A DNA stretch of 64,000 bases. It comes from Candidatus Undinarchaeota archaeon. GTDB taxonomy: Archaea; SpSt-1190; JASMDC01. The stretch covers positions 47,448 to 111,447 of the forward strand of contig CAZFHY010000014.1 in assembly GCA_964519305.1 (NCBI GenBank), written 5' to 3'. This document shows, one piece after another, positions 39,714 to 47,292 of the stretch (position 1 is the first letter of the stretch; every line of letters starts with the position of its first letter). The position numbers and the translations under genes are program-made. Under the pieces are notes generated by a model. The model had not been told where the DNA came from and did not search any database. It saw nothing but the letters and a program-made list of their open reading frames with translations.

Positions 39714-40295
39714 ATGGCAAGACGAGTACGAAAAGACACATGGAAATCAAAGAAGTGGTACAAGGTCATGGCCCCGCCCATGTTCGGCGAGTTGGAGATC
39801 GGGGAGACCCCCGCCTCCGATCCGAACGCGATCCTCGGGCGCCGGTTGCAGACCACCCTCAAGGAGCTCACGGGCAACATCCGCAAGGGTAGCAAGGTCA
39901 AGGTCGATTTCGAAGTGGAGTCTGTGAACGGGACCACGGCCAAGACGCAGTTCCATTCCCTGGAGCTCGTTCGCTCCTACGTCCGAAGCATGGTCCGACG
40001 GCGCATCTCGCGCATAGATCCCATCTTCATCGTTGACACGAAGGATGCGGGCAAGCTGCGGATCAAGGCCCTTCTCATCACAACCCGCCGTGTGCGCACG
40101 TCCATCAAGGACGCGCTCCGGAAGGAGACCGAGAGGCTCGTTACGGTCGCGGCCAAGGAGAAGACTACCGACGAGTTCGTCAACAGCATCGCTGATGATG
40201 CCATGACGAAGGAACTGAGGAACGGGCTGCATGCGATCTACCCGCTCAAGAAGGTGGAGATCCGAAAGATCGAGTCCATTCGGCCGAAGGCCTAG
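39714..40295 (+). CDS. rps3ae: 30S ribosomal protein S3Ae (eS1)
   Basis: DTWKSKKWY..APPMF, YVRSMVRR, IYPLKKVEIRK. Confidence 0.97.
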   Translation: MARRVRKDTWKSKKWYKVMAPPMFGELEIGETPASDPNAILGRRLQTTLKELTGNIRKGSKVKVDFEVESVNGTTAKTQFHSLELVRSYVRSMVRRRISRIDPIFIVDTKDAGKLRIKALLITTRRVRTSIKDALRKETERLVTVAAKEKTTDEFVNSIADDAMTKELRNGLHAIYPLKKVEIRKIESIRPKA

Positions 40296-40306
40296 GTGAT
40301 CTTCGG

Positions 40307-40720
40307 ATGGACCGTCTCGACAGAGAGCTCCTAGAGAGGCTGCGACGTAACGCTAGAATGCCGTTCGTCAAGATGGCCGAGGAGCTCGGAGTATCCGAGG
40401 GGACCATCAGGTCACGCGTGAGGAAGCTGGAGACCATGGGGATCATCCGGCGGTTCACTGTGATCACCGACTTCAAGGACGGCGTCGAGGCGTTGGTGAA
40501 CGTGAAAACGAGCACCACTGCAGCGACACGGGACCTCGCTGATGCCATCTCACAGATGGAGAACGTCGACTTCACCTTCGAGATAATGGGTGAGACAGAT
40601 ATCCTGACCCTAGTGAAAGCGGCATCGACTGCGGACCTGGACAACCGTATCGAGGACATCAGAAAGCTCCCCGGTGTGGAGAACACCACCTCCTCCCTTA
40701 TCCTCCGTAAGTACTACTGA
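40307..40720 (+). CDS. Lrp/AsnC family transcriptional regulator
   Basis: DRLDRELL..NAR..MAEELGVSEGTIRSRVRKL; C-terminal RAM domain. Confidence 0.92.
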   Translation: MDRLDRELLERLRRNARMPFVKMAEELGVSEGTIRSRVRKLETMGIIRRFTVITDFKDGVEALVNVKTSTTAATRDLADAISQMENVDFTFEIMGETDILTLVKAASTADLDNRIEDIRKLPGVENTTSSLILRKYY

Positions 40721-40784
40721 GGTAATGAGGGAGGGGGTGGCCCCCTCTAACCTATCTATTTCAAGGTTTTCATCCTGCAGGTCC

Positions 40785-41411
40785 ATGATGGCCATCGGAT
40801 CGCGGAAGGTACTGGCCATGCGGCTGCAGGACGTGTCTCACTTCACACGTCCCCGGCTTGAGCTGGAGCAGTACGTGACCCCTCCGGACGTGGCAGCATC
40901 ACTCCTCTGGGAGGCCAACCTCGCAGGCCATATCGAGGGAAGGGTCGTCGCGGACCTGGGCGCAGGGACCGGGATGCTCACCATCGGCGCTCTCCTCCTG
41001 GGAGCGGAGCGTGTGATATCGGTCGAGATGGACGAGGACGCGGCCGATGACCTGGAGCGGAACCTCGATTCGTTAGGTCTTGACCTGGAACGCGTCGAGC
41101 TCGTGCGCGGCGATGCCCGAAAAGTGACCGTGAAAGCGGATACGGTCGTGCAGAACCCTCCCTTCGGTGTATGGCGACGTCACGCCGATGCCGATTTCGT
41201 GCAGGCGGCAAAGCGAACAGGTGGTGTGGTGTACACACTTCACAAGGAGGCGACCGACGCAGTGACCTGGATGGAGGCACAAGCGGCTCCGGGGCACCGT
41301 TTGGAAACGCTGTCCCGCGTCGTAATGACCATCCCTCCGGTCCACGCATTCCATAGGAAAAAGTTATATATGGTTGCCGTTCTGCTCTTCCGTCTAACGC
41401 CACGAGGTTGA
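40785..41411 (+). CDS. METTL5 family (COG2263) RNA adenine methyltransferase
   Basis: LEQYVTP, DLGAGTG, QNPPFG, FHRK. Confidence 0.92.
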   Translation: MMAIGSRKVLAMRLQDVSHFTRPRLELEQYVTPPDVAASLLWEANLAGHIEGRVVADLGAGTGMLTIGALLLGAERVISVEMDEDAADDLERNLDSLGLDLERVELVRGDARKVTVKADTVVQNPPFGVWRRHADADFVQAAKRTGGVVYTLHKEATDAVTWMEAQAAPGHRLETLSRVVMTIPPVHAFHRKKLYMVAVLLFRLTPRG

Positions 41412-41695
41412 CAATCATGCAAGTGGAGCTGCTTCATAAAGAAAAGAACACTTGGGTCCTCGGGATCCCAGATGAGGGCCACACGTTCCTCAATATACTA
41501 CGCTCCACCCTCAATAAGAACAAGAGCGTGGAGGGTGCAGCCTATCGCATCGACCACCCGCTGGTGGGCTTGCCCGAATTGATCGTGGAGACCAAGAAGA
41601 AGTCCCCCAAGGACGCCTTTGCCGGTGCGGCGAAGGAACTGCTCACAACCGCAGGGGATTTCCGCTCCGCGTTCGAGAAGGGGTTGCGACAGTAG
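41408..41695 (+). CDS. rpoL: DNA-directed RNA polymerase subunit L (Rpo11)
   Basis: EGHTFLNILR, AAYRIDHPL. Confidence 0.95.
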   Translation: MTIMQVELLHKEKNTWVLGIPDEGHTFLNILRSTLNKNKSVEGAAYRIDHPLVGLPELIVETKKKSPKDAFAGAAKELLTTAGDFRSAFEKGLRQ

Positions 41696-41729
41696 GTCGG
41701 GCTCGCCCCGGCCGTACCGGGGAGGGGTC

Positions 41730-42362
41730 ATGGAGGAACCAATAGAACTAATCCCCGATGAGGGACAGGCTCATTTCTGGACCATCAAGTCAGAGGTCCG
41801 TGCCGTCGGCATCGATGACGGTCCTTTCGAGAAATACGAACCGGGAACGTCCATGGTAGTGGGCGCCGTGTGCCGGGGTGGAGGCTGGCTCGATGGCATC
41901 ATGCGCACGGACGTGGAGGTCGATGGTGACGATGCGGGCGCCCGTATAGCCGCTATGGTGAACGCCTCACGGCACAAGGGCCAGCTCCGGGTAATCTTTC
42001 TCAATGGTATCACCTTCGGCGGGTTCAACACCGTGGACATCGCCAGGCTCAACCGGGAGACCGGGCTCCCCGTCATCGTTATCATGCGGCGGCGTCCGGA
42101 CCGGGAGGGCATCCTCGAGGCACTTGAGAAGCTGCCTTACCGGGACCAACGCATCGCGGCCATGGCGCACGCCGGCCCGGTGCATGCAGCATCGGGCGGG
42201 AAGGACAAGACCGTGTTCCTACAGGTATGCGGCATCTCGCTCGAGGACGCAATGGAGGTCGTACGGATCACGTCCACGCGGAGCGTAGTGCCCGAGCCCC
42301 TGCGTCTCGCCCATCTAATCGCCTCTGGCGTAACTCTCGGTGATTCACGGGGGGGTGCCTGA
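41730..42362 (+). CDS. DUF99 family (endonuclease V-like) protein
   Basis: GIDDGPF, VDGDDA, GITFGGFN, PEPLRLAHLIASG. Confidence 0.9.
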   Translation: MEEPIELIPDEGQAHFWTIKSEVRAVGIDDGPFEKYEPGTSMVVGAVCRGGGWLDGIMRTDVEVDGDDAGARIAAMVNASRHKGQLRVIFLNGITFGGFNTVDIARLNRETGLPVIVIMRRRPDREGILEALEKLPYRDQRIAAMAHAGPVHAASGGKDKTVFLQVCGISLEDAMEVVRITSTRSVVPEPLRLAHLIASGVTLGDSRGGA

Positions 42363-44083
42363 TGGCCGACGAGCTCTCTCCGATGGAGGTCGTGGAGTAC
42401 TACTCACGAGATGACATCTCACAGGAGATGGTGAGCTCCGCTCAGGACCGCGAGGTCGGCGGGCGCTATCGCTCCGGTGGCTTCGGCAAGCGACCCGATG
42501 TGCTGATGTACCCTGCGGACGTCAAGGCCCTGGCACGGAGCGGTATTACCTCCTTCCATTTCTCGGTGGAACGATGGCGTAATCCGAAGATGCTCAGGCC
42601 CGGGATGGCGAAGAAGGAGCTGGACGCCCTCAGGTCAGGATGGGACCTGCTTCTCGACCTCGATCCAAAGGACTTTATCCTGGGTAAGATAGTCGCTGAG
42701 AAGTTCATCGAGGTGCTCAAGCAGCTCAAGCTGAGCAATGTGAGCGTGAAGTTCTCAGGGAACAAGGGATGGCATATCGCCATACCATTCGAGAGCTTTT
42801 CAGGTATCGAGTCGTACGATGGCAAACCCATCCAGGCACATTTTCCAGATGCTGTCCGGAAGATCTGCGAGTACCTCATGTACGAGAAGGTCTCGCCTCG
42901 TAATATAGACAAGAGCGGGACCCAGATTTTGCAGAACGACCTCGTGGACCAGTTCGAGGACCGACTTACCGTGGAAGAGTACCGAGTTCTCTCCGGAGCG
43001 TACCTGTTCAAATGGGACGATGTGCCCGGTACCGGGGAAGAACACCTCCGCCGGTTCCTCTCCAACGCTCCGTACAACCATCTCCACCTCGAACAGGCCC
43101 CCATAAACAAGAACTCGGCAGGAACCATGATAACTCTCCAATCCGCTTCCAGCTGGATCAAGTTCAGGCTCAGCGACGACCGACGGAAAGCGAGCCTGGA
43201 GACGAGCGACCGACGCTTCGCCAAACTGAGCGTGATGGAAGTGGAGGGTAGTGTCAACGTCTATGCGGACTCCGACGTGGCATGGACGAAGGACAACCAC
43301 ATCGATCCATTCAAGATAGTCGATGTCGATGCTCTCCTTATGACCAACAGGCACATGATCCGTATGCCCTACAGCCTGCACGAGTCTTCATGGCTCGTGT
43401 CAGTCCCCCTCCCGTATGAACGCGGCGTCATCAACACGTTCGACAAGGAAATGGCCCGACCTCATAACATGCGTGTGAACGAGAGCTTCCTCAATGGGCG
43501 CTCCGCGACCAACGACGCCCTTGAGCTATTCGTCCGGGCATACAACTGGTCGGCGGAACGACATGGCAAGGAGGAGGAGAAGCTGCATGCCCTTTCCCAG
43601 GAGGCTCTATCCCGGATACCGAAGGACGCGATCCCCGTGGACCACTTCCCGCCGTGCGTGGGCCGGGCATTGGAGGGGCTCGAGGACGGACGCAAACGAA
43701 TGGAGTTCATTCTCGAGGGTTTTCTCAGGAAGTCCGGGTGGGGATGGCCGCAGGTGGAGGCCCAGCTATTGGAGTGGGATGCCCGGAACACCCCTCCTCT
43801 GGGCGAGGGCTACATCAAGCGCCACATCCGCTATGGGATGAACCGGGAGCGAGACGTCCTACCTCCGAACTGCCGGAACACGACCTTCTATCAGGAGTCG
43901 GGACTATGCCGCCCCGACGCCATATGCAAGAGTATAAAAAACCCCATCAGTTATTCCCGCATCTCGCTGAAGCGGGCCAAGAGGAAGAAGGACGATGGCC
44001 GAAAACGAGGAGCGGATAACGTACGAGACGATAGTGAACAAGGAGCGTCAGGAAAAGAACAGCAAGCGCCTTCTGGACCTTGA
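42362..44083 (+). CDS. priS-priL: Fused PriS-PriL DNA primase with internal domain insertion
   Basis: GWDLLLDLD, KFSGNKGWH, RHMIRMPYSLH, then PriL C-terminal Fe-S motifs FPPC, DGRKR, PPNC..C.PD..C..IKNP. Confidence 0.93.
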   Translation: MADELSPMEVVEYYSRDDISQEMVSSAQDREVGGRYRSGGFGKRPDVLMYPADVKALARSGITSFHFSVERWRNPKMLRPGMAKKELDALRSGWDLLLDLDPKDFILGKIVAEKFIEVLKQLKLSNVSVKFSGNKGWHIAIPFESFSGIESYDGKPIQAHFPDAVRKICEYLMYEKVSPRNIDKSGTQILQNDLVDQFEDRLTVEEYRVLSGAYLFKWDDVPGTGEEHLRRFLSNAPYNHLHLEQAPINKNSAGTMITLQSASSWIKFRLSDDRRKASLETSDRRFAKLSVMEVEGSVNVYADSDVAWTKDNHIDPFKIVDVDALLMTNRHMIRMPYSLHESSWLVSVPLPYERGVINTFDKEMARPHNMRVNESFLNGRSATNDALELFVRAYNWSAERHGKEEEKLHALSQEALSRIPKDAIPVDHFPPCVGRALEGLEDGRKRMEFILEGFLRKSGWGWPQVEAQLLEWDARNTPPLGEGYIKRHIRYGMNRERDVLPPNCRNTTFYQESGLCRPDAICKSIKNPISYSRISLKRAKRKKDDGRKRGADNVRDDSEQGASGKEQQAPSGP

Positions 44084-44627
44084 TCGCACCTTCTATTCAC
44101 AGATCAGACAGTTCTTCCTATCGCGTAAAGAGGCGTTCGCCAACGACCAGGTCGGGAACCAGCGCCTTATGTACCAATTGGCCAACGTCCAGAAATCCAT
44201 CGAGCAGTTATACAAGCACCGCGAGAAGAAGGTGCTCATCCTCGCCCTCAACGACTCACGGTCGGATAGCCAGTGTCCGGAGGTCTCCGACATGGTGCCC
44301 CACGAGAAGAAGCTCTACGGAGCGCTCATAAAGGTCCTCAACGAGCACCGCGACCTGTACTATCTCCCGCTCTTCACCGACGAGAAGGGTGCGGCTCCGC
44401 CGTCGGTCCTCGTGGAAAGCCCCGCTCCAGTCAAAGTGGATGAGGCAGCTCCGAACGATAAGGATGATGGATTGGTGGAGTTGGAGTTCCTTGCCGACAT
44501 ACCGAGGACGCTGGGTATGGACGCCAAGGAGTATGGGCCCTTCAGACGTGGTGAGAAGGCCCGAATTCCGGCGGCCAACGCCGAAAACCTTATAAATAGA
44601 GGTAAGGCAAGGTCGGCGGAGGCCTAA
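43995..44627 (+). CDS. GINS complex protein (Gins51-type)
   Basis: ITYE..ERQEK..L..L...FY, REKKV, YGPF..GE.A.IP..NA..L; conserved position between primase and rpl44e. Confidence 0.88.
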   Translation: MAENEERITYETIVNKERQEKNSKRLLDLDRTFYSQIRQFFLSRKEAFANDQVGNQRLMYQLANVQKSIEQLYKHREKKVLILALNDSRSDSQCPEVSDMVPHEKKLYGALIKVLNEHRDLYYLPLFTDEKGAAPPSVLVESPAPVKVDEAAPNDKDDGLVELEFLADIPRTLGMDAKEYGPFRRGEKARIPAANAENLINRGKARSAEA

Positions 44628-44629
44628 CG

Positions 44630-44905
44630 ATGAGGTTCCCTAAGGAGATCAAGACGTACTGTCCTTTTTGCGAGAGTCACACTCTTCATGAGCTCAAGGA
44701 GGTCAAGAAGCACAAGGCGGGCGAGCTCACCTGGGGTCAGCGACAGTTCCGCCGCGTGCTCAAGGGGTACCGCGGATACCCGCGCCCTCTGCCCCACCAT
44801 GAGAAGCCCACCAAGCGAAAGGATGTTCGTGTGTGGTGCAAGACCTGCAAGAAGGGACATGGACGCAAGGCCATCCGTTCGAAGAAGTATCAGATTGGGA
44901 GGTAG
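44630..44905 (+). CDS. rpl44e: 50S ribosomal protein L44e (eL42)
   Basis: [25 protein letters not shown]. Confidence 0.97.
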   Translation: MRFPKEIKTYCPFCESHTLHELKEVKKHKAGELTWGQRQFRRVLKGYRGYPRPLPHHEKPTKRKDVRVWCKTCKKGHGRKAIRSKKYQIGR

Positions 44906-44910
44906 TCATC

Positions 44911-45093
44911 ATGGAGCTCATTCCACGTCCTAAGACCAAATTCATCAAGGTTAAGTGCAAGTGCAAGAACGAGCAGATTATCTTCGGGAACGCAGCAAGC
45001 CAGGTGAAGTGCCTCGTGTGCGACGAGGTCCTCGCCGAGCCGCGTGGCGGCATGGCCGATGTAAAGGCCAAGGTGCTCGAGGTCCTGGAGTAG
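44911..45093 (+). CDS. rps27e: 30S ribosomal protein S27e (eS27)
   Basis: PKTKFIKVKC..NEQIIF..A...VKCLVC..LAEPRGG; GGAGG SD before ATG 44911. Confidence 0.95.
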   Translation: MELIPRPKTKFIKVKCKCKNEQIIFGNAASQVKCLVCDEVLAEPRGGMADVKAKVLEVLE

Positions 45094-45099
45094 GCTCGG

Positions 45100-45888
45100 A
45101 TGCGTGTCAAGAAAGGATTCCCCAGCGCGGGCGACGTCGTCGCTTGCACCGTGAAGAGCGTATCCTCCTATGCTGCTTTCGCCTCACTTGATGAGTACGA
45201 CAACCTGGAGGGCATGATCCACATTTCTGAGATCTCCACCAAATGGGTGAAGAACATCCGGGACCATGTCAAGGAAGGTCGCAAGAACGTATGCAAGGTC
45301 CTCAGTGTCGATTCGCGGAAGGGCCATATCAATCTCTCGCTCCGTCGTATCACGTCAGCTCAGGAAAAGACCAAGCTCGAGGAGGTGTCCCAGGCCAACA
45401 AGGCCGAGAAGCTCTTGGAGATGGTCGCCAAGGAAAAGGGCATAGACCTCGAAAAAGCTCTCGATATTATCGCTAGCCCCCTGGAGACGCAGTACGGTGC
45501 CCTCTACTATGCGCTCGAGGACTCTGTTGACAAGGGGGAGACGGTATTCACCGATGTGGGCATATCTGCAGACTGGGCCAAGGCCCTTGTCGAAGTGGCC
45601 AAGCGCAACATCATCCCTCCGACAGTCACTATCTCTGGTGTGCTCACCCTTTCGAGCGAGAAGCCTACGGGCCTCGAAGACATAAAGAAAGCTCTCCTGG
45701 AGGCAGAGAAGGCGACGAAGGAAAACGAGAGCCAGGGTGAAGTAGTGGTCATCGCGGCACCCCGGTACCGCATCAAGATCACTGCTCCCGATTACAAGGT
45801 GGCAGAGTCGACGCTCAAACAGGCATACGAAAAGGCCATCAACATAGTCACAAAGGCTGGCGGTTCAGGCGCCTTCCAAAGGAAATGA
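45100..45888 (+). CDS. eif2a: Translation initiation factor 2 alpha subunit
   Basis: S1 domain (LDEY...GMIHISEIS..WVKNIRD), APRYRI, APDYK. Confidence 0.97.
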   Translation: MRVKKGFPSAGDVVACTVKSVSSYAAFASLDEYDNLEGMIHISEISTKWVKNIRDHVKEGRKNVCKVLSVDSRKGHINLSLRRITSAQEKTKLEEVSQANKAEKLLEMVAKEKGIDLEKALDIIASPLETQYGALYYALEDSVDKGETVFTDVGISADWAKALVEVAKRNIIPPTVTISGVLTLSSEKPTGLEDIKKALLEAEKATKENESQGEVVVIAAPRYRIKITAPDYKVAESTLKQAYEKAINIVTKAGGSGAFQRK

Positions 45889-46073
45889 GGAAACTTCGCA
45901 AATGCTCGGAGTGCGGGACGTACACACTGCTCGAAGCTTGTCCTCGATGCGGTGCGGATGCAACCTGCCCACATCCCGCGAAGTTCTCTCCCGACGATCC
46001 CTACGGACGGTACCGCCGTCAGCGAAAGAAGGAGGTTATGGTAGATCATGGTGACCCACCTGAACGTGCTTGA
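45885..46073 (+). CDS. nop10: H/ACA RNP protein Nop10
   Basis: KCSECGTYTL..CPRCG...HPAKFSPDDPYGRYRR. Confidence 0.95.
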   Translation: MRKLRKCSECGTYTLLEACPRCGADATCPHPAKFSPDDPYGRYRRQRKKEVMVDHGDPPERA

Positions 46074-46833
46074 ACGCCCAAAGCTCACAAAACCCGTTCT
46101 TATAGAGGGGCTCCCCGGTATAGGGAACGTGGGCAAGGTCGTGGTGGAGTATCTCATCGAGATGCTCGGTGCCACCAAGTTCGCCGAGCTCCACTCCAGC
46201 CACTTCCCCTATCACGTCTTCGTCGGCGACGACGACACCGTGGACCTCCCGACCAATTCGTTCTACTATTGGAAGAAGAAGAAGCGTGGGCAGCAGGATG
46301 TTATCATCCTCACGGGCGACATCCAGTCCATCACTCCCGAGGGTCACTACGAGGTCGTGTCCACGATCCTCGACCTCTGTCAGGAGTACAAGGTAAAGGA
46401 ACTCATCACCATCGGCGGTTTCGGGGTACAGAAGATACCTGACGTCCCCAAGGTCATTGGTGCCGTCACCGACAAGAAGCTCAAGAAGAAGCTGAAGAAG
46501 AGCAAGGTCATCTTCAGCGGTGGCAACCGCGTAGGATTCATCGTCGGCGCGTCCGGTCTACTTCTTGGTCTGGGGAAGATCAGGGGCATAGATGGTTGTT
46601 GCCTCATGGGCGAGACCGTGGGTGCCCAACCCTTCTTCACCGACTCCAAGGCGGCCAAGTCCGTGCTTTCGGTCATAAACGACGTCCTTAAGCTCAAGCT
46701 GGACATGGCGGGTATCGACGAGATGACCCAGGACATGGAGAAGGCCATTGGCAAAGCCAAGGAGATCCAATCCCGCATTATCGAGGAGATGGGTCGTAGT
46801 GGCCCCGTGGAAGAACTGCGCTACATAGGGTAG
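46048..46833 (+). CDS. PAC2 family proteasome assembly chaperone
   Basis: EGLPGIGNVGK, GDIQ, TIGG, IVGASGLL, LMGET, YIG C-terminus. Confidence 0.93.
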   Translation: MVTHLNVLERPKLTKPVLIEGLPGIGNVGKVVVEYLIEMLGATKFAELHSSHFPYHVFVGDDDTVDLPTNSFYYWKKKKRGQQDVIILTGDIQSITPEGHYEVVSTILDLCQEYKVKELITIGGFGVQKIPDVPKVIGAVTDKKLKKKLKKSKVIFSGGNRVGFIVGASGLLLGLGKIRGIDGCCLMGETVGAQPFFTDSKAAKSVLSVINDVLKLKLDMAGIDEMTQDMEKAIGKAKEIQSRIIEEMGRSGPVEELRYIG

Positions 46834-46838
46834 GTCCG

Positions 46839-47240
46839 TTGGTCAAGAAGACACTGAAAACCAAGCATTCGAACGAGGGGGACTCGCTACTGGGTTCCAT
46901 CAAGGACCTGTGCGGTAGGATCCTTCCCGGTCAGAAGGCCGTTCCAAAGGACATCGTCGTAAATACAGAGGTCCATACCTCCAACACCTATGAGAAGGCG
47001 CTCGCCTTTGCCCGGGCGCACGATGACTTCACGCTCGAAGAGATCGAGGATGACACGAAGTGCTCGCGCCAGAGCCTGAAGAACCAGTTGTCCTTCCTCG
47101 TCAAGGCCGGTGAGCTCGAGTCCGTTATGAGATGCTCGTTGTGTGGTTACATATTCCGGGATGGTGAGGACATCTGTCCCACCTGCCGTAAGCGGAAGAG
47201 GGCCCACGCCTATCGTATCAAGAGCCGTAACGAGTTCTGA
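46839..47240 (+). CDS. Winged-helix plus zinc-ribbon protein
   Basis: HTH-like segment followed by RCSLCGYIF...CPTC. Confidence 0.6.
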   Translation: MVKKTLKTKHSNEGDSLLGSIKDLCGRILPGQKAVPKDIVVNTEVHTSNTYEKALAFARAHDDFTLEEIEDDTKCSRQSLKNQLSFLVKAGELESVMRCSLCGYIFRDGEDICPTCRKRKRAHAYRIKSRNEF

Positions 47241-47292
47241 ATCGTCCGGTTCGAACGATTCCCTTTTATGCTTTGGGTAGCCCCCACGCCAC

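Noticed and set aside
43001-43264. Intein in the primase
   Set aside because: No N-terminal Cys/Ser block, no His-Asn C-terminus and no homing endonuclease motifs.
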